DNA of 64,000 nucleotides from Rebecca billardiae RCC1528 (taxonomy: Eukaryota; Protista; Haptophyta): positions 2,418,001 to 2,482,000 of the forward strand of contig OZ251226.1 of NCBI GenBank assembly GCA_965240325.2, given 5' to 3'. A model generated the notes under the pieces. The model did no database searches. It was not told the DNA's origin and saw only the letters and a program-made list of their open reading frames with translations. A program made the translations under genes and the position numbers. Of the stretch, positions 1 to 12,514 are shown piece after piece; position 1 is the stretch's first letter; the number at the start of each line of letters is the position of its first letter.

Positions 1-471
1 TCACGCCCTGGGCGCTGCATCTACCCACGAGAAGGGCACTCGCCGCCAGCGCGCGCAGTGCCGACGACATCACTGTCTGGACCGACCCAGGCGCACCAGG
101 GCGCGCGCGGCAGACGCGGGCGTGGGCGGGAATCCGGACCTCAGACCGGAGACATCGCTACCCCCATCCACTGTGTGCACGTTAAATCATAGTAAACTGT
201 ACGAATTACGATGCCGGCACTCAAGCAGCCCCTCCAACCCGGCCGCCCATTCACAATTGCTCTCACGGCCGTCGAGGGTGAACGAGGTCATCGACATGGT
301 GCCTCCAGAAGGACGCCGAGCTCCCGTCGACGCGCACGTGATCACGGCTCGCTCACGGCACCATTAACGTTTTGACACTTGGACTTCGGACGAGATGGAT
401 ATTGGATGGTCGTGCGTGTTGCTGCATGATGTGCGGATGTGCCGTTGAGGTGGTAGGAGCGTGTGCTGCTG

Positions 472-1524
472 TCATGAGCCATCAGCGATGATGAGGAGCT
501 CAAGCGGATCGTGCCCGCCGATGCCCAGCGGGCCTCGCCGTATCGGCACCGTGCTGCTCCCGCCCGTGACGCCTGGGCCCGTGACGCCTGGGAACACCGG
601 TGGGAGTTCGCGCGTCGGCACCTGCGCTTCGCCCGCGCGCTCTGCCGGCGATGGCCGCGCGCCGCCGTGCTGCGTCACCCATGACCTCAGCTTCGACCCG
701 CCCTTGGCCACCGCGCCGAGTTGCGTGCGCAGCTGCAGCACCTCCGCCTCGAGCTGCCGGATCCGATTGTCGCGCTGCGCGATCGCGTGCTCCAGGTAGT
801 TGGCGTCCGACTGCGCCGCGCGCATTTCCCTGTACGTGTCGGTGTTGTAGTCCGAGAAGTGCATGATGAAGGAGAGGATCGACTTCCATATGACGTTGGC
901 CGCGCCCACGACGACGCCCTGGAACTCAACGGGGACGTATCGGAAGTTGATGAGCTGCACGGGCAGCCAGAGCATCATGCACACGCCCCACGCGTTGTGG
1001 AATTGCCCGGTCAGCTTCTCCCTGATGTCCGGCCAGGACTTGCGCTCGAGCACGCCCATCGAGAGCAGGTACAGGTTGATGAACGCGGGCGTGAAGAAGG
1101 CGAGGTCGGCGACGAGCTTCGCCGAGACGTCGGTCCACACGCTCGGTAGCTCTCTCGCGTGGTGCAGCGACGCCACCCACTTGAGCCCCGGCGTGCGCTC
1201 GAACAGCCAGTTGAGGCCCTCGTGCCCCACGACCGGGTTGAAGTGCACGCGGTACAGCGTTGTCGCGCGGTCGAGCTGCTGGTACCACACGCACATGAGC
1301 GGGCCGCCGATCGCGGCGCCGAAGAAGCCCATGCGCAGCGTGCGCCCCCAGTTGAACCCCTCCTTCCCCGGAGACTCGATCTTCAGGCGGCTCTCAACCT
1401 TTTGCGCGATCGCGTCGCCGCAGCCGTAGAGCACGCCTGAGGTGAGCGACTGCGTGAGCATGGGGCGCAGCTCGAGCGCGGTGCGATAGGAGCGCGCAAC
1501 GCGGAACAGGAAGGCGATCGGCAT
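472..1524 (-). CDS. Mpv17/PMP22 family membrane protein with C-terminal coiled coil
   Basis: Within ORF 472..1875: RPMLTQSLTSGVLYGCGDAIAQ, FNWGRTLRMGFFG..GP..WY..LD, WLPVQLINFRYVP are hallmark Mpv17/PMP22 segments. Start placed at MPIAFLF (1524); MLTQ (1461) is an alternative. Confidence 0.9.
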   Translation of the reverse strand: MPIAFLFRVARSYRTALELRPMLTQSLTSGVLYGCGDAIAQKVESRLKIESPGKEGFNWGRTLRMGFFGAAIGGPLMCVWYQQLDRATTLYRVHFNPVVGHEGLNWLFERTPGLKWVASLHHARELPSVWTDVSAKLVADLAFFTPAFINLYLLSMGVLERKSWPDIREKLTGQFHNAWGVCMMLWLPVQLINFRYVPVEFQGVVVGAANVIWKSILSFIMHFSDYNTDTYREMRAAQSDANYLEHAIAQRDNRIRQLEAEVLQLRTQLGAVAKGGSKLRSWVTQHGGARPSPAERAGEAQVPTRELPPVFPGVTGPGVTGGSSTVPIRRGPLGIGGHDPLELLIIADGS

Positions 1525-2293
1525 GATGCTTCGGTCAGCTGTGGCCGGCGACGCCCCTCCGGCGCCCGCCCAGCGCCGCGCGCGGCACCGCGCCGCTTCA
1601 AGCGGTCGCGGAGGATGGCGCAATTGATCTGGAAGCGCGCTTGAAAGCTCTCGATCGGCTGCTGCGGACCGACGCGTGCCCGACCTTGATTCGCCGGACC
1701 CGTTGAGAAAATCGTCGGATGACGCGAGGCCGTGGCGTTTTGCGGCCCAGATCCAGCCAGATCGCATCACAGCGAGCTTCTGTGCGTGAGCCCACCGTGT
1801 CCTGACGAACGAACTTGCGCGCGAGTTCCCAGCCCGCCAACCGTTGGAGACTTGGAGGCCATAAGGCCGCAACAATCGAACAAAACTTACAAAAGGGCCT
1901 AGTATTCATTTTCCATTTGCGGATAATCGCGTGGATTTGACGGGCCCTGGCTCTGCCTCTGAGTCGGTCATGAGTCACGGTGATGATAGCTAGACTACGG
2001 TAGGATTCATGACTCAATGCGATTCTGACTGATGTCAAGGCGACGCACGTGTGCGGCACGGTGCTGGTGACGACGGGTGTGCGCTGCTGCGATCCGCGCG
2101 GCCGGCCGGCGTTGCTGTCCGCGGCTCATGCCACGGCGGCGCAATGTCTGAGGACGCGGCTGCAAGGGCGACGATGCGCGTGCGCCGGTCATCCCAAGCC
2201 GCCACAGGGCGTGTGCGCGCGCAGGCCGAGGGCTGCCCAGGCTGAGCAGCAGCCCGCTGTCCCAGGGGCGCTCAGCGGCGGCGATGCGCCGGC

Positions 2294-4493
2294 TTAGGCC
2301 TGCATCAGCGGGATGTCCAGGCTGTCCGACAGGCTGAGCACGTACTCCAGAGCCTCGTCCGCGGTGGCCTTGGACACCATGATGTCGGCGACCCACGTGG
2401 GCATCCCCTCCTCCGGGCCGACAATCTCGTCGCCCTCGTTCACGAGGGGCTTGGCGTACACGACGTCGGGCATCTCGTTGTACCTGTCGATCGCCCTGAG
2501 GCTGGAGACGCGGCCCGACTTGCGCGCGTTCACGTAGTTGTACGCGAGGTTGCACAGCGGCGGCTCGATCTTGTGGGGCCGGTTCGGGATGCCGACCGCG
2601 CCAAAGAGCGTCTCCTCGACGAGGTCGACGCCGTGCACGCGCCTGTGCGTCTCGCGCACCTGCCCGCCGCCCATGCGCGCGTTGATTTCGATCAGCCGCG
2701 GCCCGCGGCTCGTGTACTTGAGCTCGACGTGGAACACGCCGACGGTGAAGCCGCAGCACTTGAGGCTTGCCACGCCCATGTCCTGCGGCGCGCAGCGCCG
2801 AGCGCGCGGGCGGGTGGGCGGTCAGCGCGGGTGCGCGTGCGCGCGCGCTCGGTGCTCGCGTGCGCGCTCCCGCCGCTGCACCCGGCGGCTCGGTCCGACG
2901 CGCGGCGCGCGCGCGCACCCTCAGCTCCTGCTGCTTCTCCGCGCTCAGCTGGCTGGGGCAGAGCCCCCATGTCTGCGCGGCGGGCGCGGCGCGGTGGGGC
3001 GCGGCGCGCGTGAGCGGCCGCGCTCGCCCGATGTCGCGCGGCGCGCGCGGGGCGTGCGCGCGCGCACCTCGTTGAAGTACGGCTCGACCGTGGGCCCGTT
3101 GTCCACCACCACGACGTACTGCGCCTCGCCGTCGGACATGACCACGTCCACGTCCACCTCGGGGCCATCCAGGTACTCCTCGAGCATGAACACGCACTCC
3201 ATCTGCTGCGAGGGCTTGGGCGGCGCGAGGTCGGAGTCGGTGAGGTTGGCGCCGATGTCCGAGTCGACCGTCTTGGACTTGATCAGCGCGCCGCTCGTCA
3301 CCACCGTCTCGAGCATCTCCCGCTTCACCTCGGCGAACGCCGAGTACAGGTCCTTCTCGTCCGTCACCTTCTTGACGCCGAGCGAGGCGGCGCCCGAGAT
3401 CGGCTTGAGCACCGCGGGGAAGCCGACGGTCTGGATGGCCGCGGCGAGGTCGTTGTCGCCCTTCACGAGCGCGTTGGCCGGCGTGGCGAGGCCCGCCGCG
3501 GACATCGCCGCGCGGGTCGAGTGCTTGTTCCGCGCCACGTCGATCGCGCTCGCGGGCGAGCCCGGGAGGCCGAGCGTCTCGCACAGCCGCGCGACGATAG
3601 GCAGCGAGAGCTCGGAGAAGGTGCAGATGCCGTCGGGCTTGGCGCCGACCTTGGGGTCCTGGTCGAGCTGGCGGATCACCGCGAGCGCGTCCTCGTACAC
3701 GTTCTCCGAGTCCTGCTCCATGTCCAGCGCGATGTACTTCTTGATCACGAGCTCGTCCTCGAGCTTCTGCGCCCAGCTGCCCGGCCCCTGCGGAGCGCAC
3801 GGCCACGCGTCGGCGCGCGCGCGCGACGAGCGAGGGGCGGCGCGCAGCGTGTGCCGGGCGGAGCCGACGGCGGGTGGTGCGCGTGAGCCGAGAGCTTGCG
3901 CGCGCGGCCTCACGGTGCACACGCCCGGCCTTCGCCAGGGGCTTGCTCGCTGGACACCGATGGACGGCGCCAAGAGGTGTGCACGCGCGGCGCGCGCGAG
4001 GCGCCGCGCGCACGTCGATGATGACGGACGAGACGTTGAGCGACTTGGCGTGCTCATAGATGAAGCGCTTGCCCTCGTACCCCGGCGTGAAGAAGACGAT
4101 GGTCGCGCCCGACAGAAGGCCCCTGCGCAGCAGCTGGCCCTCCTCGCCAGGCACGCGCGCGAGCTCGCGCGGCACCGTCGTGAGCTGCGTGCTGTCGCGC
4201 CGCTTGGAGCGCTCGAACTCGTCGAGCGGGGCGTGCAGTGTGCCCGGGGTGTTGACAAGCTGCTCCACCATGAAGTTCTTCGGGTTGAGATGATGGAACT
4301 CTGCGGTCTCATAGTGCGCCTCGAAGCCTCCCATGCCCTTCACGTACACGAGGTTGAGCGCGTCGAGCGTGCTGCCACTGCGCGAGTTCTTGTGCCTCGC
4401 CTTGAGGTGCGTGCCGTCGGAGTTGGAGCGGCCTCGCAGCTGCGAGGAAGCTTTGCGCTCCTGCCCGGCGCCGTCGAACTGGGAGTCAGACAT
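2294..4493 (-). CDS. ATP-grasp ligase (carnosine synthase / L-amino-acid ligase-like), 4 exons
   Basis: Exons 4493-4014, 3787-3068, 2972-2919, 2782-2294 join in frame via GT-AG introns. Motifs ARNKHSTR, GFPAVLKP..GAASLGVKKV, EEYLDGPEVDVD, GVFHVELK..GPRLIEINARMGG. Confidence 0.9.
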
Positions 4494-4919
4494 CGTCGCG
4501 TTCGATTGCGGAGCGTGGTCCCGTCGTCGGGCGCAAGGACCGAACGACACCGATCGACAGATGCTCTTTGACGGATGGATGCCCGCCAATGGCCGATCAA
4601 TCGGGGCTTTTCTCACGCCAAGCGGCACGCCTGGCGCGCGAATCGCATCGTCTCCAACGGCGAGCTTATAGCTATCGTGCTACGCGGCCTGAATTTCGTA
4701 TTTCGACGGGCATGCGTGTTACCCGCCTTCCGATGCTTGCTGGCTGGGACGAAAACAGCGTTGTCTGAGAGCCGGACTCCACCGCTCGCCGTGGGAGTCC
4801 GGGTCCGGAGCCTTTGCCCCTCTCGGCCCTGCATTCCCCGGATTCGCCAGCGATTGAAAATAATTAGCTCGGCCCTTGAGCCTGCGCATCGTCTGCTCAT
4901 CGCGTCTCGGTTGTGCACC

Positions 4920-5270
4920 ATGCTCGCCTTCCTCACGACTCTCCTGCTGGCATCGAGCTCGGCGATCCAGCCGACGAGCATGGCGCGCCCGTCGTCGATC
5001 GCGATGAGCAGCGTCTCGAAGGACGTGAAGAACGGCGTCGCTGCGATCAGCCTTGCGGCGGTGACGACGTTCGCACCGGCGGCGTCGTTTGCGCAGGCGC
5101 CGATCGACTTGCCGACGCAGGCGGTTGCGGCGGATGGCAGCGGCTTCACGGGCGGCTTCCACCCGGAGGGTTACACCAAGCCGAAGGAGCTGGGCAAGAA
5201 GCCGAACGTGCTCAAGCAGGCGTTCCGCGGTCTGGGCCTCACGACGGGCTTCCGCATGAAGGGGAAGTAA
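4920..5270 (+). CDS. Small plastid-targeted (likely thylakoid lumen) protein of unknown function, 116 aa
   Basis: Signal peptide MLAFLTTLLLASSSA, Ser-rich transit region, second hydrophobic stretch ending AASFA (AxA-like), then a short basic mature part; GC3-biased codons. Confidence 0.7.
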   Translation: MLAFLTTLLLASSSAIQPTSMARPSSIAMSSVSKDVKNGVAAISLAAVTTFAPAASFAQAPIDLPTQAVAADGSGFTGGFHPEGYTKPKELGKKPNVLKQAFRGLGLTTGFRMKGK

Positions 5271-5897
5271 GCCTTCAATGATGAGGCGCGCAGCTTGCGC
5301 GGCGCTCCGCGGGCGAAGGCGAGGGCACCCCTCCCGACGCCCGCCGTCCGGTGCGCCGCGGCTTCTGCGCACTACCATCAGCGCGGCACGCGTGCGCATT
5401 GTCGGCGCCGCCACCCGGCCTCTGTCGTCGCCACTCAGCCCGCTGCACGGAGTCGGTCGGTGCCACTGCCGGATCGGATCCGGCACGCGCCTTCTGCACC
5501 TGGAACAGCCCACTGATACGACACGGCGGCGGCCGATCCTGTCTGCAGTTGTGATAATGAGACCGGTACCGTGTGCGTCTGTAGCGAGTCTCGACTTGCT
5601 GTCCGCCGTCTCCCCGTTCCGTCCCGGAGCCCCGATGTCGGAACGTCAGGAATCGTCCGCCCGCCAAATGCGCGGCCAAAATAATCTGATTAATCTCCTA
5701 TCAAAATCTAGTGACGTCTAGACCCTCGCGGCAGGTGGATCCGGATCGGTCGAAGCTGCGAAGCTCCCATAAATTTCCGAATGTTTTTGACTTTTTGTGC
5801 CGCCTTCCGGCAATGAGTGAGGGGGCAGAGGGCGATAGCCGACGAGTTCCAAGATGGCGCTGCTCGGGTCCCAGCCGTGCGGCGCGGTAGCCAGCGC

Positions 5898-5966
5898 GAG
5901 CCGAGAGCTCTGCTGAGGTGAGCCCAAGAGCCGAGGTAGACGAGACCTCAGCAGAGCCCTCGGCTC
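5898..5966. repeat. Short inverted repeat (22-bp arms, 1 mismatch, ~25-nt loop)
   Basis: GAGCCGAGAGCTCTGCTGAGGT (5898-5919) versus ACCTCAGCAGAGCCCTCGGCTC (5945-5966). Confidence 0.8.
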
Positions 5967-6677
5967 ACCGCAGCAGAGTCATCCCAGTCTGTGCTGGCTG
6001 ACCGTACTGACGGCGCCTGTGGCTAAATGAACTGTCACTTTGTCAGAAGCGCGCGTGCCAGGCTCGAGGGCTCAACGCGAAGCGATCGGGCCGGAAGGGG
6101 GTGGCTGGCGCATAACGCGTTCATGCCCGACCTCGCTGAGAAGCACCAGCCAGGCGCATCACCATCAGCATCAGCGGCTTCACTCGTGGCCAGGCGAGGG
6201 ACGGTGATTCACAGCGGGCGGCGCCGATGATGTTGGCGCGATAAACACCAAAGGCTGGTGGTAGCTTACTCATCAGCAGATGGCTCGAATAAAGCGCGCA
6301 TGCCCAAGTGATGGGCTGCGCAGCGGCTGGGCCTGGGTGACCCATATGCCTGATTAGCAGGGCGCAAGCGCATGCCGTCGTCGCCCGACGGAGCAACCAC
6401 CATAACGGCCAATTGCGAAAACATCGCAAGGCACTGCGTGTCGTCGTCATCGGCGGCGACGGCTCCGGGGGCCATCGGGTGTGCTTGGGCCGCCGGCCCA
6501 AGCGCCTCCCCGGGCCAGCGATGGGCCGACGACGACTGCCGACGGCACCATCCCCCCGGCCGGGTTGCTCACATCCGCGCCCGAGGCGCCCCGAGCTGCC
6601 GGTTGCGCGCGGGCGACCGCTCCACGGGCGACTCCGGCAGACTCCGGAGCTTCTCAACCACACGGACAAGGCTGGCG

Positions 6678-7757
6678 CAAGGGTGGTCAGGGTCGCCGAC
6701 TCCAGCGGAGTCCGGCGCCGGAGCTTCGCTTACAGATTTTTGCAGCGGAGCGGCGCGCGCGGCCGCCGCCGCTGCGGCGGGCCGCTCGGGACGTGCACGG
6801 CGTGGGCTCGTGCGGCCGCTGCCGCGCACGCCGAGCGATCTGGCGCGGTGTCGCGGCTGGTTGATGGCCTCGCGCGCCGCAGCGCGCCGCGCGCCTTGCC
6901 TGACTTCGCCTGTCTCGCGCCTTGGCCGCCGTGCACTCATGCGCCGCCAAACCGCAAGCTCGGCATACCTCTCAGCCGAGCGAGCACGTGCCTTGCGCGA
7001 CGCGACGCGGGCATTGCCGCCGGGCGATGTAGGCGTAGTGTGAGCGCGCGCCGTGAAGCCTCGGCGCGGATCGAGAGTGTCTTCAACGTCTCGGTCAGCT
7101 GTCGACAACTGCTGACGCATCAACCACCAATGGACATCACCACGGTCCTCCGTTGAACGATGGGATATCGCGACGCTGCGACTCGTGAACTCTAGTCGAG
7201 CGTTGTAGCCAAAACGACGAAGGCCACTATGACGTGTGTGTGAGCCTTGCGTGACGATGCGACGTGACGATCGCCCCGGCAAGAGAGTCAGTCGTGCAGC
7301 TTTCTGCACTGCTCAACGAACAGACGGTCCACGCGCGTACGCGGCATCATTTCATTGTTCTCGATCCGCGCCGAGGCTTCACGGCGCGCGCTCACACTAC
7401 GCCTACATCGCCCGGCGGCAATGCCCGCGTCGCGTCGCGCAAGGCACGTGCACGCTCGGCTGAGAGGTATGCCGAGCTTGCGGTTTGGCGGCGCATGAGT
7501 GCACGGCGGCCAAGGCGCGAGACAGGCGAAGTCAGGCAAGGCGCGCGGCGCGCTGCGGCGCGCGAGGCCATCAACCAGCCGCGACACCGCGCCAGATCGC
7601 TCGGCGTGCGCGGCAGCGGCCGCACGAGCCCACGCCGTGCACGTCCCGAGCGGCCCGCCGCAGCGGCGGCGGCCGCGCGCGCCGCTCCGCTGCAAAAATC
7701 TGTAAGCGAAGCTCCGGCGCCGGACTCCGCTGGAGTCGGCGACCCTGACCACCCTTG
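6678..7757. mobile_element. Non-autonomous foldback DNA transposon, ~399-bp TIRs, 7-bp TSD (P/Galileo-like)
   Basis: Arms 6678-7076 and 7359-7757 are reverse complements (one mismatch seen); termini CAAGGG...CCCTTG; direct repeat GCTGGCG at 6671-6677 and 7758-7764. Confidence 0.9.
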
Positions 7758-7859
7758 GCTGGCGAGCGGTGGCGAGCGCGGCACCTCTCGAGGCGAGACG
7801 GCGAGTAGCCGCGCGATCGCAGCCAGCGTGGGATCTCGCACGCCGCGCGGCACGCGGGG

Positions 7860-10800
7860 ATGAACAAGCGCGAGCTTCCGGAGGCGGAGGGGGCGGAGCC
7901 GCAGGCGAAGAAGCCCAAGGCGCAGAGCACCGCGGCCGCGACGTCACGGGCCGCTGGCTCTGCCAGCGCGGCAGGCGGCGGTGCGCCTGTCCGCGCTGCG
8001 GCTGACGGCGCGACGGCTGCCGCGCAGGCTGGCGCGAGCAGCGCCGTGCCCAAGGAAGCCGTGGCCGACGTGGTGGTGGAGAGCACTGCCGTGCGCTCCC
8101 CTACGGCATCCGCCAGGCCTCCCTCCGGGGCGAAGTCTCCCGCCGCCCTGGCGGTTCGCGACGGGTGCGCGCATGCGCGCCGCGCGCGTGCGGTGCACGC
8201 GCACAGCCGCTGCGCGCGCGTGGCATGCGGCTCGGCGCTGACGCGCGCGGGCGAGCGTCGCGCGCCACGCCATTGCCGACCGCCCTCGCCGCGCAGCAAG
8301 CTCACCAAGGACGAGCTCAAGGCGCTCAAGCTGCGGCACACGGCGATTTTCAAGGGCGCGGAGAAGATGAAGCGTGGCCTGAAGGAGTTGCTCAACTCGC
8401 TGCTGGCGACGGAGCAGGCGGTGGTGGCGAAGACGCTGCAGCAGGCGGCGCGCGAGCGCACCAAGCAGGAGGCCGCCGCGCGCGCCACCGAGCGCAAGGC
8501 CGAGCGCGAGCGCGCGCGCGAGGCGGCGCGCGCGTGGGCAGAGCTCCAAAAGAAATATCCGATTCCGGATGAGCTGCTGGGCGCCGAGCCGCCGCTCGAG
8601 ACGGCGCTGCCGGCGCGGCCGGCGCCGCGCGCGCGGATCGCGCTCGCGCCCGAGGCGCAGCACCTCGCGCCCGAGCTCCTCGCCGTCTGGGACTTCCTCT
8701 CCTCCTTCAAGCTCGCGCTCGGCGTCGAGCCGGTGCCGGCGGAGACGCTGCGCGCCGCGCTCGAGCACAGGGGTGCGCAGCCGCTGCCGCTGCTCGCGGA
8801 GGTGCACCTGCCGCTGCTCGCGCTGGTGATCGAGGAGGCGGCGGGGGTGCAGCGCGCCGCGGCGGCCGCGCGCGCGGGCGGCGCGCCGCCGCCCCGCAAC
8901 GCGCTGCTGCCGCGCTCGAGCGCGCTGGCGCCCGAGGTGCGCGGCGCCGAGGGCGCGCACCAGCTGCCTGCGCACGCTGCGCTCGCGGCGGCGGCGGCCG
9001 GCGGCGGCGGTGGCGGGGCCGCGGGCGGGGCGGCGGGCGGGGCGGGCCCTCCGCCGCCGCTGCTCGTCGGCTGCGCCTCGTCGCTCGCTCTCACCGGCAC
9101 GAGCTGGCCCGAGGTACTGCGCGCGCTGCTGCGAGGCATCCTGTGCCCGCCGCCCGCCGCGGGCACGCTTTTGGGCGACGCGATTACCCAGCTGGGTACG
9201 CTCGAATACTCGATGCTGCCGTTCGAGCACAAGCTGGCGCTGCTGCGCGTGCTGGTGGACGCGGCGGTGGCGACGGAGCCGATGAGCTCGCTGATGGCCG
9301 CGCACGCCGAGCGCCGCGCCGAGGTGCTCGCCGAGAACCGCCGCGAGCTCTCGACCCACGCCAAGCTGGCCGAGCTGTCGGACGGCGCGCTGGCCGACAC
9401 GGCCGGCGGCGCCGCCGCGAGCAAGGCGCAGCAGCTGCGCCGCGCGCTGCCGTCGGACTCGAAGGTGGTGGTCGTCGGCCGTGGGCGCGGCCGCGGCCGC
9501 GGCCGCGGCGCAGGCCGCGGCGCAGGCCGCGGCGCAGGCCGCGGCAGAGGCCGCGGCCGCGCGGCCGCGCTCGCGGCCGACGACGACGGCGCCAGCTCTG
9601 TGGCCGGCACGGACGGCGGCGCGAGTGCCGCCGATCCGATGGACGTGGCGGGCGGCGGCGGCGGCGGCGCTGACACGGAGGGCGAGGGCGCGGCCGAGAT
9701 CGCCGGCGCGCCCGCCGGCGCCGACGCCAAGCCCGCCGGCCCCGTGATCAAGCTCCTCCCCGCGCCGCCGCTTCCGGCGGTGTCGGACGACGAGGACGAG
9801 ACGGATGGCGGTGGGCGCGCGGACGCGGACGGCGCCGACGGTGAGGGCAGCGGCGGCGGCGACGACGACGACGCGCTCGCGCTCGGGCTGTCGCGCACGG
9901 AGCGCCTGCGGCTGAAGGACGAGCGCGAGGCGCGGCGCCGCGCCATCGCCAGCGTGCGAGAGCACAAGGAGCGCCGCCGCGCCGCCGCGGCCGAGGCGGC
10001 CGCCGAGCGCGCGGCCGCGTGCGACGCCCTTGAGAGGGCGATGGCTCTGAACGAGTCCGAGGCGCTGGAGGCGGCGCTGGAGAAGGCGCGCGGCGTGGGG
10101 CTGGAGTGGCGCGACGCGGAGGGCGCGCTGTGCCGCACCGAGCTGCTCCACGCCGCCGAGGTCGCGCACGCGCCCCTCCGCCGCCTCGACGAGCTCGACA
10201 ATCTCGCGCGCGAGATGGAAGGCCGCTTGGCCGAGCTGCCGATGCGCTCGACGGCGCTCGGCGCGGACGCCGAGCACCGCCGCTACTGGCTCTTCGCGGC
10301 GGACCAGGGGAAGCTGTTCGTGGAGGAGGCGGACGGCGCGCCGCGGCCCGCGCAGCCCACCGCCGCGACCGCCGCCGCCGCGACCGCCGCCGCCGCCGCC
10401 GCGCGCGTGGGCATGAGCGCGCGCATCGCCGCGCGGCTGCAGCAGCAGGCGGTGGAGGAGCAGGCCGCGGCCGCGGCCGCCGACGCGCCGCCGACGCGCT
10501 GGGCGTACTACGAGTCGGTGGCGGAGGTGCGCGCGCTGATCGGCTCGCTCGACTCACGCGGCGTGCGCGAGCGCGCGCTGCGCCACGCGCTGCGCCGCAT
10601 GCTCGGCGTCTTCAAGGCGACGATGCCCGCCGAGTCCGGGTTTCCGGACCCCGTGTCGGACGCCGAGCTCGCGGCCGACGGCTGGCAGGCGCACGGGCCG
10701 CACGTGGGCGAGCGCGCGCGCCGCGTCTTCGAGGAGTCCGTGTCGATCGGCACGGTGACGCGGTACCTGCCGCCCGCCGCGGCCGAGCCCGCGCTGTGGC

Positions 10801-12514
10801 ACATCTCCCACTTCGACGGCGACGAGGAGGACGTCGAGAAGGGCGAGCTCGAGGCGGCGCTCCGTGCGTACGCCGAGGCGGCGGCCGAGCCGGCCGCCAC
10901 GCCGCCGAGCAAGGCGCTCAGCGGTTACGTGAATCGGCTCGCGCGTGGGCGGCTCAACCCCAAGTCGCACCTGGGCGTGGCGGGCGCGCGCGCCGAGCTC
11001 GCCGCGGCCGAGTCCGCGCTGCGCGCCGGCCTGCGCAAGCGCGGCGCCGAGCGGGGCGAGCTGGACGAGGGCGCGCGCCGCTGCTGGCTGGACGCGCTCG
11101 GCGCGGCCGCCGGCGCATGCGATTTCGGCCCGCTCCTGCTCACGCTGGAGGAGATGGCGCGCGGCGCGCAGGCGATCGACGACCTGAGCGAGGAGGACGA
11201 GGCGGAGGGCGGCGAGCCCGGCGGCGCGGCGCCACCCGACGACGACCACCGCCGCTGGAAGCACGCGGGCCACGAGTTCCTCGGCAAGCGCGTGCGCCGC
11301 TTCTTCCAAGCCGACGCCGCGGCCGACGGCGGCGCGGGCGCGGACAGTGGCGCGGGCGCGGATGGCGGCGCGCAGGAGCCGTCGGACGGGCTGATCGACG
11401 GGTTCACGCCGGCGACGCCGGGGCTGGAGGACGAGGAGCCCGCGCTGTGGCACGTGACGCACGACGACGGCGACGAGGAGGAGGTGGAGGAGTGGGAGGC
11501 GGTCGAGGGGATGGCGGCGTTCGAAGCGGCCGTGAGAGAGCCTCGCGCAGACGCAGACGTGGCGGAGTCGCGCCGGATCGCGGAGGAGCGGGCGGCGAGG
11601 GCGCGCGAGGACGCGCTGGAGGCGGCGCGGCTGCGCACGCTGCCGAGGCTGTGGCCGTCGCGGGGCGCGCGCGAGCGGTAAGCCCGCCCGCATCCCCCCC
11701 GCGCGCGTCCCGCCCCCAGCCTCGTCCCTCCTCGCGTCGTGCGCGCGCGCGCGATGGCACACACGTCGCACGCGCGCGCGCGCCGCACCGTTGACGGAGC
11801 ACGCCCGCTCGGCCGGCCGCGGGCTGCGCGCTCCTCGGGCGCACGGCTGACGCGCCGGCCCCGGCGCGCGCGTGCCGCGCCGCGCGCAGCTGGCGCGCCG
11901 CCGCGTCGAGCGCGCGCACCCTCGCGCAGGTCTCCGTGTGCACGATGGCGCTGGTGGACCACTGCGCCGCGTTTGGCCTCTGCGCGCACTCGCCGGACCT
12001 GTGCAAGCTGGCGTGGGTCGCGTCGTTCACCCGTGAGCGCACTGCGCGCGCGCAAGACCCGCCGCGCGCGTGCCCGTCATGCGCGGCCGTGTGTGCGCCG
12101 CTCGCGGCTGCGCCCCCCGCTCGAGGGCGTGCGCACCGTGCGCACACGGCTCTCATGTCGCGCGCGAGGCGCCACGCGCTCCGTCGCCCGCGCCACGCAG
12201 CCGCCGCGGCTGGCTCGTCGGCGGCGCCCAGTGAGCCGACCAAGCCGACCAAGCGAGGCGCGCGCACGGCCGCCGAGCTGGCGGCCCGGCTCGCGTGCTG
12301 GCAGTGCTTGCCACCGTCGGAGGTGGATGCTCCCGAGCCCGGGGGAAGGCGCGGGCCCAAGGTGAGCCGCGAGGCCGCCCTGGCCGCACTGGCCAACGCC
12401 GAGGCGGAGCAGATGAGCCGGCTGGCCGAGCTGTGCGTGCCTGCGCCCTTCATGTTCATGCTCAGCAGCGCGCCCGGAGCCAACGGCGGCGCGGCGGCTG
12501 TGGCTCGACGCTGA
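7860..12514 (+). CDS. DDT + WHIM1/WHIM2/WHIM3 (BAZ/ISWI accessory-like) chromatin protein with two Tudor-like repeats; multi-exon
   Basis: KYPIPDELL; ELLAVWDFLSSFKLALG (DDT); SWPEVLR..EYSMLPFEHKLALLRVL (WHIM1); LGADAEHRRYW and WAYYESVAEVRALIGSLDSRGVRERAL (WHIM2/WSD); two xVGxRxRRxF..LWH.xH.DGDEE repeats; RGR-rich tract. Inferred introns ~8165-8297, 11679-11889, ~12033-12200. Confidence 0.85.

Noticed and set aside
2783-4013. Introner-type mobile or non-canonical introns
   Set aside because: The introns I resolved are GT-AG and share only low-complexity gcgcgc texture, not alignable sequence.
7571-10277. Very long antisense and alternate-frame ORFs (876, 777 aa; also 56692-59241 and 60584-63904)
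   Set aside because: Shadow ORFs caused by extreme GC and GC3 bias of the real genes; Arg/Ala/Pro-rich with no domains.
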